Source: an uncultured candidatus Brocadiaceae bacterium (GTDB lineage: Bacteria > Planctomycetota > Brocadiia > SM23-32). Taken from it: DNA of 59,866 nucleotides. Numbering within the stretch: the first letter of the stretch is position 1; every line of letters starts with the position of its first letter. A model generated the notes under the pieces. The model saw nothing but the letters and a program-made list of their open reading frames with translations, was not told the DNA's origin and searched no databases. The stretch covers positions 1 to 59,866 of the forward strand of contig CAZNGS010000020.1 in NCBI GenBank assembly GCA_964572825.1, read 5' to 3'. Position numbers and translations under genes: made by a program. Shown here piece by piece: positions 24,464 to 34,772 of this stretch.

Positions 24464-26968
24464 CTATCGCCCCTCCTTCAGCACGATACGCGAGACACCG
24501 GCGTCTGTTCCAACCCAGAGGCTCCCGTCCAGATCGACGGCGATGGAGGCGATGTCCGCCTTGCCGGCGAGGAAATCCGTGGTGGTCCAGTTTCGCCAGA
24601 CCTCTCCGTCGAAGCAGCTCAGCCCGCCTCCGACGCAGCCTGCCCAGACGCGTGCGGCCCGGTCAACTGCCAGCCCGGTCACGACATTGGACGCCAGTCC
24701 ATCCGTGGCCGTGTAGTGTCGCCATGTTCCCTCCCGGCGGCAGTACAGCCCGCCACTCCACAGTCCCGCCCACAACTCCCCGTCTGGACCGAAAGTTACC
24801 TCCAGAACGCTCTTGCCCCGCGTGGGCTCCGGTAGCTGGAAAGTCTCTCCGTTCAGCACGCAAAGACCGCTCGGGGTGGCAAGCCAGCAGCGGTCGCGCG
24901 AGTCGATGGCGATGAGTTCCACAACGGGGTCCGGCAGGCCGTCCCTGGTGGTGTAGCTTCGCCAGAGCCGCCCGTCGTAGCGAAACAGACCCTGGCGCGT
25001 GCCGACCCACAGCACGTCATCGCCGTCGACTGCCAGGGACTCCACCGTTTTCAGACCGGGGTGCTCGGCCGGCGTGAGTTTTTGCCACTTCGTGCCGTCG
25101 AAGCGAGCTAGACCGCCTTCCTCGGGGGGCCAGTCATGACCGCCGCACCAGACCCCTCCCCGGCGGTCGAAGGCGATGGAGTTGATCACCTCACAGGGCA
25201 GGCCGTCCTGCCGTGTATAGTGTTCCCAACTGCGGCCGTCGAACTTTACGAGCCCTTTGTTCGTGCCGAACCATTTCATACCGTCCCGGCTGACCGCCAC
25301 GAACTGCATGGCACTGCACGGCATACCGGCTTCTTCGCGGTAGCTTTTCCAGCGATCGTTCTCGAAACAGCAGACCCCGCGGGCGGTGGCCAGCCAGACG
25401 CTGCCCCGGGGATCGGCCGCCATGTCCCTGACGGTACCGCCCGGAAAGTCCTCACCCGCCACGAAGGTGCGCGTGCGCGAACCTTCCCGCACGACGAGCC
25501 CTTTTTCGTCCGCGCTCCACGCCCGGCCCCTGGCATCCCGCATTTGCAGCTCCTTCTCCAGGCCCCGGGGGGAACTGCTGACCGGCAGTTCCTGCCAACC
25601 GGTCCCGTCGAAGCGCAGAAGAACGTTGCCTGAACGCGCCATGCGGTCCTCCGGTCCAGCTTCCGTTTCGAGTAACTGGAAGTACCACGCCCCGTCTTGC
25701 CCCGGAGCCACCGCCTCAACCTGTGCCTCCAATGGATGGAAGGATTTCTGGCCCGAAGCCAGCCGCAGGCGATATGCTCCTCCATGAATTCCCCACCAGA
25801 CCTCCTGCTCGGAAGCCGCGATGCAAAGCACATCGTTCGGATCGTGATAGCTGGTTATCCGGGCGCGGGCCGTGGCCAGATCAACCCGAACCACGCCACC
25901 GCGGTCGCCACCTTGCTGCTGCCGGTCGGACTCATCCAGCTTCGGAGGCTCTTCCAAGACCGTCTGGACCTTTGCCTCTCTGTCAGTATGCTCGTCAGTC
26001 GCGGGCTCCCTCAGGCTACCTGGCTCCGGGGAAGACTCCTGGGTCGCCAGCAGTACGCCGACAAGGCCGGCGAACAGGATAAATATCACGGCCGCTCCCG
26101 CCATGATCGCCCACCTCGCGCCTTGCCCTCCGCGCTTCGCGGCGACGCGCTCGCCCCGCAGCCAGCTTTCCAGGTCCCGGGATAGGGCTTCCGCCGTCGC
26201 GTAGCGGTTGTCGGGCGCTTTGTGCAGGCATTTCAGGCAGACGGTTTCCAGACCCCGGGGGATGCTGCGATCGAGCTCCCGGGGCGGGGTCACCTGCTCG
26301 CTGCAGACAGCGTTCAGCACCGCTGCTGCGTTGTCTCCTTCGAACGGCGGGCGGCCGGTCAGGACTTCGTAGAGCATCGCCCCCAGGCCGTAGACGTCGC
26401 TTCTCGGGCCGATCTTATCGCTGTCGCCCTCGGCCTGCTCCGGGCTGATGTAGGCGGCCGTGCCCACTGCCCTGCCCGGCATGGTCAGGGTAAACTGGGC
26501 GTCCACCTCCCGTGCCAGGTCGAAGTCGGTGATGTACGGCGTGCCGTCCTCGGCCACCATCACGTTGGAGGGCTTCAGGTCGCGGTGCATCACCCCCTGC
26601 TCGTGGGCGTAGTGCACCGCACAGGCGACCTGCGTCACGATACGCACCAGCCGCTCCCGGTCTTCCGGGCCTTCGGCCTCCCGGATGAGTTCCTCCAGGG
26701 AGCGGCCCTCGACGTAGTCCATGGTAAAGTAGGTGCGGTTCCCCACCCGGCCCATGGTGAACAGGCGCACGATATTCGGGTGGCGAAGCCGGTCCAGGAT
26801 GGCCGCCTCGCGGCTGAAGCGCCCGAACGCCTGGCGGGAGGAGACCTCGGGGTTGAGGATCTTAAGGGCAACGGTGCGCTCCAGCTCCGGCTGCCGGACC
26901 TTGTACACACGCCCCATACCCCCCTCGCCGAGCTTGCCCAGTATCTCATATTGCCCGAACTTCGCCAT
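24464..26968 (-). CDS. Ser/Thr protein kinase with a C-terminal beta-propeller repeat domain (two-component-regulator propeller / Y_Y_Y-like).
   Basis: Kinase motifs GKLGEGGMGRVYK, ALKIL, HRDLKPSNVMV, DFDLAR, then a TM helix. The C-terminal half carries repeated W..GT..GL..YDG / GLP motifs. The start was placed at MAKFGQYEIL (26968) with a [11 protein letters not shown]. Confidence 0.75.
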   Translation of the reverse strand: MAKFGQYEILGKLGEGGMGRVYKVRQPELERTVALKILNPEVSSRQAFGRFSREAAILDRLRHPNIVRLFTMGRVGNRTYFTMDYVEGRSLEELIREAEGPEDRERLVRIVTQVACAVHYAHEQGVMHRDLKPSNVMVAEDGTPYITDFDLAREVDAQFTLTMPGRAVGTAAYISPEQAEGDSDKIGPRSDVYGLGAMLYEVLTGRPPFEGDNAAAVLNAVCSEQVTPPRELDRSIPRGLETVCLKCLHKAPDNRYATAEALSRDLESWLRGERVAAKRGGQGARWAIMAGAAVIFILFAGLVGVLLATQESSPEPGSLREPATDEHTDREAKVQTVLEEPPKLDESDRQQQGGDRGGVVRVDLATARARITSYHDPNDVLCIAASEQEVWWGIHGGAYRLRLASGQKSFHPLEAQVEAVAPGQDGAWYFQLLETEAGPEDRMARSGNVLLRFDGTGWQELPVSSSPRGLEKELQMRDARGRAWSADEKGLVVREGSRTRTFVAGEDFPGGTVRDMAADPRGSVWLATARGVCCFENDRWKSYREEAGMPCSAMQFVAVSRDGMKWFGTNKGLVKFDGRSWEHYTRQDGLPCEVINSIAFDRRGGVWCGGHDWPPEEGGLARFDGTKWQKLTPAEHPGLKTVESLAVDGDDVLWVGTRQGLFRYDGRLWRSYTTRDGLPDPVVELIAIDSRDRCWLATPSGLCVLNGETFQLPEPTRGKSVLEVTFGPDGELWAGLWSGGLYCRREGTWRHYTATDGLASNVVTGLAVDRAARVWAGCVGGGLSCFDGEVWRNWTTTDFLAGKADIASIAVDLDGSLWVGTDAGVSRIVLKEGR

Positions 26969-27190
26969 ATGCACCCTCTCCGTGCCGTTGCCCCATGCGG
27001 CAAGCCGCCCGGCGACGTGGTTTCTTGTGATTTCCACCTCCACCGTGCAGCCGCAGGCGATTCACCGACTTCGTCTCCTCGCCTGTACAACAGCGCGCAT
27101 GTTCCACGGTCCTTCTGAATGATATACGCCCTCGGGGGAAATCTTACACCAAAGTGCCTCCTTTGTCATCCTTTTATTTTCTTCGGCGCT

Positions 27191-27757
27191 CTACCCGCCC
27201 GCCAGCACGTGCCGCAGCAGGATCTCCAGCCCGATGCCGCAGAGCATAGCCCCCCCGAACATCTCCGCCCACCGTTCGAGGCGCTTCCCGACCCGGTCAC
27301 CCAGGTGGAGGCCGGCGGCGCTCAGGGCGCCGGTCACCAGGCCTATCCAGAGCACGGCCCACCAGACGTTGACCCTGAGCATGGCCAGAGAGACACCTAC
27401 GGCCAGGGCATCGATGCTGGTGGCGATGGAGAGGCCCAGCAGCCTGAATCCCCTGGCGGGGCCCCGAGGGACCTCGGTCTCGAATCCCCACACAGCGTCG
27501 GCGATCATCTTGCCACCGATAAGCGTCAGGAGCCCGAATGCCACCCAGTGGTCGTACGCCTGCACGTAGCCGCTGAGAGCGCGGCCGGCCAGCCAGCCCA
27601 CCACGGGCATACCCGCCTGGAATCCCCCGAAATACAGTGCCAGGCGCAGAGCATGGCGGTGAGTGATACGGTGCAGGACGATGCCCTCGGCCACGGACAC
27701 CGCAAAGGCGTCCATGGCCAGCCCCACGGCCAGCGCCAGCAGTGCGAGAAAGGACAT
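27191..27757 (-). CDS. mntP: Manganese efflux pump MntP (DUF204 family).
   Basis: 188 aa and 6 TM helices. The N-terminal motif LAVGLAMDAFAVS and its internal repeat ATSIDALAVGVS are typical of MntP. Confidence 0.8.
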   Translation of the reverse strand: MSFLALLALAVGLAMDAFAVSVAEGIVLHRITHRHALRLALYFGGFQAGMPVVGWLAGRALSGYVQAYDHWVAFGLLTLIGGKMIADAVWGFETEVPRGPARGFRLLGLSIATSIDALAVGVSLAMLRVNVWWAVLWIGLVTGALSAAGLHLGDRVGKRLERWAEMFGGAMLCGIGLEILLRHVLAGG

Positions 27758-27860
27758 AACCGTTTATCGTCTCGGCGACATTGTTTGTCCTGGACAAGAC
27801 GCCGGCCGGGAAGACGGATATCCCCCGGCCGGCGACCTCGTGTCCTTCCGATGCGTCCGG

Positions 27861-28850
27861 TCAGTCGTCGAACGCGGCATCGAAGGCGATCTGGCTGGGA
27901 GGGAAGTCAACGGACCGCACGAAGGCACAGGCCTCCTCGGCGCCGTGCTCGCGGTCCATGCCGCTGTCCTCCCACTCCACCGAGAGCGGCCCTTCGTAGC
28001 CGATCCGGTTCAGCGCGCGGATGACGGCCTCAAAGTCGACGTCTCCGTGCCCCAGGCTGCGGAAGTCCCAGCCCCGACCGGGCTGTCCGAAGTCCAGGTG
28101 AGAACCCAGAATGCCGCTGCGCCCGTCCAGCGTCACGGCGCAGTCCTTCATGTGGACGTGGTAGATGCGGTCGGGGAATGCCTTTATGAATTCGTCCGGC
28201 TCCATGCCCTGCCACAGCAGGTGGCTGGGGTCGAAGTTGAAGCCGAACTCCTCCCGCCCGTCGAGGGCCTCCAGGGCCCGCCGCGCCGTTACGATGTCGA
28301 AAGCTATCTCGGTCGGATGGACCTCCAGGCCGAACCGGACGCCGCACTCCCGATAGACGTCGAGGATGGGGTTCCAGCGTTCGGCCAGCAGGCCGTAGCC
28401 CTCTTCGATCATCGCGGGGGGCACCGGGGGGAAACTGTAGAGCAGGTGCCAGATGGAGCTGCCCGTGAAACCGTTGACGACTTCGATTCCCATGTTCTTC
28501 GCCGCGCGGGCGCAGTCCTTGAGGTTCTCGATGGCCCAGGCGCGCATCTTCTCGTGGTCGCCGGCGATCTCTTCCGGGACGAACGCATCGTGCCGTTCGT
28601 CCAGGTTGTCCAGGACGAGCTGGCCGGCCAGGTGGGTGCTGATAGCCCAGCATTGCAGGCCGTGCTCTTCCAGCAGAGCCCTGCGCTCGTTGCAGTAGTC
28701 CACGCTCTCGGCGCCCTGCGCGGGGTCGAAATGGTCGCCCCAGCAGGCCAGCTCCAGGCCATCGTAGCCCCACGCGCTGGCCTTCTCCGCCAGTTCCCGC
28801 AGGGGCATGTCCGCCCACTGTCCGGTAAACAACGTGACCGGTCTTGCCAT
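27861..28850 (-). CDS. Sugar phosphate isomerase/epimerase (xylose-isomerase-like TIM barrel).
   Basis: 329 aa containing GYDGLEL, EVHPTE, HVHMKD and a C-terminal acidic residue, the typical metal-binding pattern of AP-endonuclease-2/xylose-isomerase-fold proteins. Confidence 0.75.
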   Translation of the reverse strand: MARPVTLFTGQWADMPLRELAEKASAWGYDGLELACWGDHFDPAQGAESVDYCNERRALLEEHGLQCWAISTHLAGQLVLDNLDERHDAFVPEEIAGDHEKMRAWAIENLKDCARAAKNMGIEVVNGFTGSSIWHLLYSFPPVPPAMIEEGYGLLAERWNPILDVYRECGVRFGLEVHPTEIAFDIVTARRALEALDGREEFGFNFDPSHLLWQGMEPDEFIKAFPDRIYHVHMKDCAVTLDGRSGILGSHLDFGQPGRGWDFRSLGHGDVDFEAVIRALNRIGYEGPLSVEWEDSGMDREHGAEEACAFVRSVDFPPSQIAFDAAFDD

Positions 28851-28950
28851 TGCGTCTCTCCCTCCAAAAGAAGCAAACCGAGCTGTGCAATGCCGTTGGG
28901 CTCCTTTTAGCGGACCCTGCCGGCGAATGCAAGTCCACCGGCGGCGCGCC

Positions 28951-30417
28951 TCATATGTAACTGCGTTCGGCGCACTCGGCGGTGAATCGCTGGTATTTCG
29001 CCTCGTAGACCTCTCTCAGTTCGGTCCGGGGAAGCACCTCTTTGTCCACCTTGACCATGGCGCGGGCGGCTTCCAGCAGATCGGCGTGACATTCGTAGGA
29101 GGCGGCCACAATGGCCGCGCCCATCGCCGCTCCCGTCAGGGCCGGCCGCACGATGCGGCAGTTGAGCGTGTCGGCCCGTATCTGAAGCCAGGCGTCGCTG
29201 GCCGCCCCGCCCCCCGCTGAGTAGATCGTGCCGCCGACTCGAGCGCCCAGGTCGGCCAGTGTCTCGTAGGCCAGCCGCTCCAGGCAGGCCACCCCCTCCA
29301 GGCAGCCTGCGAACAATTCCGCGCGCGACTGCGGCGTCCCCACGATGAACCCCTCCGCCCCCGGCCGGCGGAAGGGGAAGCGCTCGCCCCGTCCCACCAG
29401 AGGGTAGACCACCAGGTCCGTGGGGCTGTGGTCCAGGGCGACCGCGCTGAGGGCCTCGGTGTCCTCGGCTCCAAAGCCGGTCTCGCGGCCGGCCACCCGG
29501 CCCGCGGCCAGACACTCCGCCCCCGTATTGCTGGCTCCCCCGGGCAGCCACCAGCCGGCGGGGTGGCGGTGGCAGTAGATGCGACCGGCGGGGTCCAGCA
29601 GGAGCTTCTCGCTGACCCCCTTGATCACCAGGGTTGTGCCGATGGTCGCGTTGTACTGGCCGCGGTCGACGGCGCCGCTGGAGAGCTGGGAGGCGCAACC
29701 GTCCGTCATGCCGGCCACCACGGGGGTGCCGCGCCGGAGCCCCGTCTGCTCGGCCCGCTGTCGGGTGACCCTGCCGGCCAGTTCCCCCGGCCTCTGAACC
29801 CCGGGAAGGCGGGATGCGTCCAGGCCGAGTGCGTTCTCGATGAATGGGGGCCAGCGGTCCTCCAGCAGGTCGTAGCCGAACTTGAGCATGTTCGTCTGAT
29901 CGGAGCGGTCCCAGCAGCCCGTCAGCCAGCCGATGAGGTAGTCCGTGGGCGCGGTGAACGTGGCCGCCCGGCTGTACACTTCCGGTCTGTGCCGCTTCAA
30001 CCACAGGATCTTGGGCAGACCGAACGAAGAGCTGAACCGGTAGCCGAGCCGGTTCGTCAGGTCGATGCCCGCGCGCTGGAGATCCTGCGCCTCCCGCTCG
30101 CTGCGCGAATCGTTATACATGATGGCCGGCATCAGGGGCCGGTGCTCCGAGTCCAGCACGCACAGCGTTCCGCTGGTGCCGGTGACCCCCACGGCCGCGA
30201 TGCGGTCCGCTTTCACTTCCCCCAGCGCCTGTCCCACGGCTCGGCGAGCGGCGGATACCCAACCGCCCGGTTCCTGCTCGCGCCATCCGTCCGGCAGCGA
30301 GGTTTCTCCCAGGGCGAACGCCACCTGGCCCCGGCCCACCGGCCGGCCACCGGCGTCCACCACCACACACCGCACCCCCTGAGTGCCCAGGTCAATGCCC
30401 GCAAAAAGTGACGCCAT
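28951..30417 (-). CDS. FGGY-family carbohydrate kinase (xylulokinase/ribulokinase-like).
   Basis: The N-terminus GIDLGTQGVRCVVVD and the C-terminus GGGAASDAWLQIRADTL are the FGGY N-terminal and C-terminal signatures. Confidence 0.8.
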   Translation of the reverse strand: MASLFAGIDLGTQGVRCVVVDAGGRPVGRGQVAFALGETSLPDGWREQEPGGWVSAARRAVGQALGEVKADRIAAVGVTGTSGTLCVLDSEHRPLMPAIMYNDSRSEREAQDLQRAGIDLTNRLGYRFSSSFGLPKILWLKRHRPEVYSRAATFTAPTDYLIGWLTGCWDRSDQTNMLKFGYDLLEDRWPPFIENALGLDASRLPGVQRPGELAGRVTRQRAEQTGLRRGTPVVAGMTDGCASQLSSGAVDRGQYNATIGTTLVIKGVSEKLLLDPAGRIYCHRHPAGWWLPGGASNTGAECLAAGRVAGRETGFGAEDTEALSAVALDHSPTDLVVYPLVGRGERFPFRRPGAEGFIVGTPQSRAELFAGCLEGVACLERLAYETLADLGARVGGTIYSAGGGAASDAWLQIRADTLNCRIVRPALTGAAMGAAIVAASYECHADLLEAARAMVKVDKEVLPRTELREVYEAKYQRFTAECAERSYI

Positions 30418-30445
30418 TCTGCCGCATCCCTCAACACAAAGTCTG

Positions 30446-33400
30446 TCAGCGCATCTCCCGCGCCGTGGCGTAGAGGCTGCTTCGGGAGCAGAGACCCCTC
30501 ACGATCATGTGCAACTGCCCCTCACCGCGGAACGCGACCAGAACCGTCCCGCCCGGCTGCTGCATGACCACAGGCGGCCGGTCCGCCCCGTGCACCGAAC
30601 CGGGCGGAAAGGGCTCGGGCAACGGGGACGGACCGGGGGGCGCGCTGACGATGACCAGCCGGGCCGCCCCGTCGCCCGGCTCGGCGGGCAGGCTGCGCTG
30701 CGCCTCCAGGGCGAGGCCCGTGCGTTCCTCGATCTGCTGCCGGAGCCGCCTGGCCGCCTTCCAGGCAGTCTCGCCCTCCAGGGCCACCAGCATCCACTGC
30801 GGCCGGCCGTCCCGGAGCAGGGGAATGCCCTGCCAGTAGAGGTTGGCGGCTTCCTCGCGCCGGGGGTAGCCCGACAACTCTTTCAGCACGTCCAGAACCG
30901 TCCGGCGGGCCGTCGTGAACCGTTCCAAAAGGGGATCGTCGTCTCCGGCGGCGGGACAGACCCGGTAAACGGAACGGAAGGGCCGCCGCTCCGGACGCAC
31001 GCACAGTGTGCAGTGTTCTGCGGGGCCCACCACGCTGGTGAGCTTTTCCCGCAGAAGCAGTTGCGGGCGGCTCGGTTCCCCTTCGCTCAGCCGCAGCCCG
31101 GCTTCCCGCCGGGCCTCCCGCCACAGGGCCACCTCCTGCCGCGCATCGCGCAGCACGTGCCAGATGGCGAGCTGGCGATCCACGGCCGGCTGCGGCGGGT
31201 CGCACGTCACCGTCGCCCCGGCCAGTCCCTGCCAGGCGGCCGCCCAGAAGGCACTTCTGACCTCCAGGGCCGCCCGCCGCCAGTCCGCCTCACGGAGGTC
31301 CAGGTGAATCCAAACCGGCTCTTCCCCCGAGAGCCCTCCCGACTCTACCAGCTCCCGGACGTCATCACCCCCGCACCCCTGCCGGACGGCCACGAACACG
31401 GGTCCACCGAGCCGGGAGAGAAACTGCGACGGCGGCAGGCTCGCGCCCAGCAACGCGGGCGTCCAACCGTTCTCGCGCGCCGCGGCCGCAACGGTCGGCC
31501 CGGCGGCGTCCGTCCGGACCACCCAGACCGGGTGGGGATACGGCAGCGCCGTCCGAGAGCCGGGACCTGGTGGCGGCAGCGTGCCGCCTCCCGCCTGAAA
31601 CGCCAGGAAGCTAAACGCCGACCTTCGCGCCTCCCGCCGCAGCGCATCAGGGGACCTGGCCGGCAGGGTCAGCGCATCGACGCCGTAGCCGCGTAGCTTG
31701 GCCAGCACGGGCCCCGGCGGGTCGCCCTCATCCCACGGACCTTCGTACCACAGGGCGAAGGAACGCGGTCCGGGTGCGGCATGCTCCCGCACGACGAGCT
31801 TGAAGGGGACGCGCAGGACACCCGGGCCGCTGAACATCAGGTCACCGGCGTAGATGCCCGGGCGCAGACCGGAACCGTCCGCCGTCAGTGCGACCCACGC
31901 CGTCTCTCCCTGGCCGAGGGCGAGCGCTGTCCGGGGGACCAAACGGGCGGGTTCGCCCGGCGGTTGCTCAACGGTCCACAGATCGACCGCCGCCGCGGGC
32001 ACCGACGCCGGCCCGTCCCCCTCCGAAGCGTCACCGGCCAGGTTGAAGCGCAGATGCTCCACGTCCCGCAAGGCCCGCACCCCGAAGAACAGGGTCCTCT
32101 GCTCCCCCGCCGCCAGGACCACCTCGGCCACCCCGGGCTCTGCCCGCGGGCCGCCCCCGTCGAAGTGCCAGGCCACAAATCCTCGCTCGCGCTGCTGTTC
32201 CGTAAGCGGCATCGCCCCCTCTTCTGTCCGTGCCCCGCCCGCCAGGGAAACCGTCGCAGGAGGCTCGACTGAACCCCTCTGCGGCGGACCCGAGGAAACC
32301 GTTGCCGCTGCGGGGACTGCGAAACGGGATACAAGCTGCCCTCTGCTGTAGACCTCGTGCAGGAGCCACGCCGGCGGTTCCGTGCTCGCCGCCGACCGCG
32401 TGTCCCCGACGTTCGTGTTCAAAGGCTCCAGGCTCTCGAACAGCACCGGGTCACAGGGCTCCAGCTCGACTCCGGACTCGTCGTAGGTCCGCGTGATGAC
32501 CGAGACTTCCGGCAGGGACTCGCCCAGGGGACGCATCCGCAGGTGAACGTGCAGCCGATCGGCCCGCCACCGGGTCACGCTGTCGGCTGCGAACCGCGGG
32601 TTGAGCTCGCTGAGCGTCGAAAACCCCTGCAGGGCGGCGACGGTCACCGTGACCGTGAAGGCGCTTCGCGGCGGCAACGCCGGGTAGGACCAGCCCACCA
32701 CGGCGGCGCCACCGGACGAGCGCAACGGTCGCAGGCAACGACCTGCGCCCTCGTGGAGCGCGAATCCCAGCACGCGCCTGGTGACCGGGTCGCCGACGGC
32801 CACCCAGCGAAGCCCGCGGCCGCCGGGGTCCGCGTTGAGACGGTGCAGGAAGGGCCCGCGGGAGAGCATCTCGGCCCCGCGGCCCCGGTTCAGGCAGTAC
32901 ACCTGCCGGTCCGCGGCCAGCGTGCCGGCGGGAAGGGCCAGGCCGCGCAGCGCCGGAGCACCCGCGCCCGAAAGGGCGTAAGCCGAATGGTTCTCGAAGG
33001 TCAGGCGGACCTGGAAAGAGGGCCGGTCCGCTCGGAACACATACTCCTTGACCACCCGCAGGTCTGCGGCGGTGGCTTCCATCGTCAGGCGCAGCCGGCC
33101 GTCGCTCCATCTTTGCTCGGTGACCGAGAAGGGGAAATCGGCCGTGTGGACCTCTTCGATGAGCCCGCCGTGTCCGCTGGAATCCAGCGCGGTCATCTCC
33201 GTGCCGTCGAACAGGAGCGACACGACCCTTCCGCCGTTCTCGGGGGAGATGAGGAGGCTGAGAAACTCCGACTCCACACGCAGGAGCCGGCCTTCGCGAC
33301 GCAGGGACAGCCCGTCGGAGGCCAGCGCCTCGGCGCCCAGAACCAGCGCCAGCAGAGACACCGAAAGCGCCAGCACGCACTGTATTCTGAGATGCCGCAT
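30446..33400 (-). CDS. Large secreted protein of about 984 aa, function unknown, possibly carbohydrate-active.
   Basis: The start was placed at MRHLRIQCVLALSVSLLALVLGAEALA, a signal peptide. The ORF is long and uninterrupted with protein-like composition. No motif I can name. Confidence 0.5.
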   Translation of the reverse strand: MRHLRIQCVLALSVSLLALVLGAEALASDGLSLRREGRLLRVESEFLSLLISPENGGRVVSLLFDGTEMTALDSSGHGGLIEEVHTADFPFSVTEQRWSDGRLRLTMEATAADLRVVKEYVFRADRPSFQVRLTFENHSAYALSGAGAPALRGLALPAGTLAADRQVYCLNRGRGAEMLSRGPFLHRLNADPGGRGLRWVAVGDPVTRRVLGFALHEGAGRCLRPLRSSGGAAVVGWSYPALPPRSAFTVTVTVAALQGFSTLSELNPRFAADSVTRWRADRLHVHLRMRPLGESLPEVSVITRTYDESGVELEPCDPVLFESLEPLNTNVGDTRSAASTEPPAWLLHEVYSRGQLVSRFAVPAAATVSSGPPQRGSVEPPATVSLAGGARTEEGAMPLTEQQRERGFVAWHFDGGGPRAEPGVAEVVLAAGEQRTLFFGVRALRDVEHLRFNLAGDASEGDGPASVPAAAVDLWTVEQPPGEPARLVPRTALALGQGETAWVALTADGSGLRPGIYAGDLMFSGPGVLRVPFKLVVREHAAPGPRSFALWYEGPWDEGDPPGPVLAKLRGYGVDALTLPARSPDALRREARRSAFSFLAFQAGGGTLPPPGPGSRTALPYPHPVWVVRTDAAGPTVAAAARENGWTPALLGASLPPSQFLSRLGGPVFVAVRQGCGGDDVRELVESGGLSGEEPVWIHLDLREADWRRAALEVRSAFWAAAWQGLAGATVTCDPPQPAVDRQLAIWHVLRDARQEVALWREARREAGLRLSEGEPSRPQLLLREKLTSVVGPAEHCTLCVRPERRPFRSVYRVCPAAGDDDPLLERFTTARRTVLDVLKELSGYPRREEAANLYWQGIPLLRDGRPQWMLVALEGETAWKAARRLRQQIEERTGLALEAQRSLPAEPGDGAARLVIVSAPPGPSPLPEPFPPGSVHGADRPPVVMQQPGGTVLVAFRGEGQLHMIVRGLCSRSSLYATAREMR

Positions 33401-33752
33401 TCCCGCTTTAACCAATCTCACAGGCGCCACCGTCCCCCCGCTCGGGCAGTCGATTATGATAACGGCCGGCGGCCACCCGGGCAAGCGCTGGACGTTCGTC
33501 CGAAGGGCCTGCGCGGCGCGCAGTCTGGAGGGCGGCACGATGCAACACAGCACGCCGTTCCTGTCCCGGTAACCCGGCAGGAAAGCGGCCACGGCCACGG
33601 CGCCGGCAGACCTGAATGCACTCCACAAAGACGGAGCCGGCCCCCGAGATTTGAATGGTAATGTGAAAAGGGCGGGCATCCTGACGCTGGCATTGGCTAA
33701 GTTGGTTTGCCAACACAAAGAGTCTTCAACCAACGATAAGGAGACCCGCACA

Positions 33753-34772
33753 ATGTATCATATCGGCCTGGACGCGCACAGCGCAACGTTTACCATCGCT
33801 GTGCTGAACCAGAAGGGGAAGCTCGTGCTCAACCGGCGAATGCCGACCTCGGAGGAGAACCTTATCAAGCAGGTCAGCTCCCTGGTCGGACCGCTACGGC
33901 TTGTGGTCGAAGAGTGCCCCCGGCACAGTGGGTCAAGACGGTGCTGGAGCCGCACGTGGAGGAGCTGGTGGTCTGCGACCCGAGGAGGAACCGCTGGATC
34001 GCCGTGGAGGAGTTCAACGATGACCGCACCGGCGCAATCAACCTTGCCCAGTTGATGCACGGCAGCTACATCAAGCCGATCGTCCACCTGGGCCACGAGC
34101 CCTACCAGTTGTGCAGGGTCTTCTACCACTACTTCGATCTGATCGGACAGGTCTGCCGCTTCAAAAACAAGCTGAAGGCAACGTTCCGCCTGGTGGGTCA
34201 CCGGCCGGTGGGAGGTGGCGGCTATACGCAGCAGGAGCGAGAGGACTGGCTCAGGCTGCTGGCAGGGCGCGGTGGGCTTCTGCACCGGGTCCGTCAACTC
34301 TACCAGGTGGTTGATCTGCTGGAGGAACTGAAGGGCAAGAGCCTCGGGCGGTCCGGTCCGCAGCATCGATGCCGACTCCTACGAGCTGCTCACCATGGTG
34401 CCGGGCGTCAGACCGGTGATCGCATCGGGCTACATGGCGATCATCGTGCGAGCGGAGCGCTGCAGCAGGGAGAACAAGCTCTGGCGCTATGCGGGACTGG
34501 GCAACGTGTAGCGCATCTCGGACGGTGTGGTCAGCAAGGACTGTCCCGGCAGCTCGAGCAACCCGGTGCTGAAAAGGCTGGTGCGGGAGCACTTCCAGGG
34601 GGTGGTGCTTCGGGCGATGGGCTTTGGGGAGAGCAACCGCTTCACACGGCAGTATGCGAAGCTGCCGGCCGGGGGGCAGAGCGAGCAGGCGGCCCGGCGC
34701 AGCGTGAGCCGCAAGCTTCTGAGTGTGGTCCGAGCGATCTGGATCAAAGCAGAGCCCTATCGAGAGGATTAG
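33753..34772 (+). pseudogene. IS110-family transposase, disrupted. The reading is split over three frames.
   Basis: Frame 1 (33753-~33930) is MYHIGLDAHSATFTIAVLNQKGK, an IS110 DEDD N-terminus with a TAAGGAG RBS. Frame 2 (33914-34400) continues. Frame 3 (34527-34772) is ...VREHFQGVVLRAMGFGES...RSVSRKLLSVVRAIW, the IS110 C-terminal domain. No single intact ORF remains. Confidence 0.55.
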
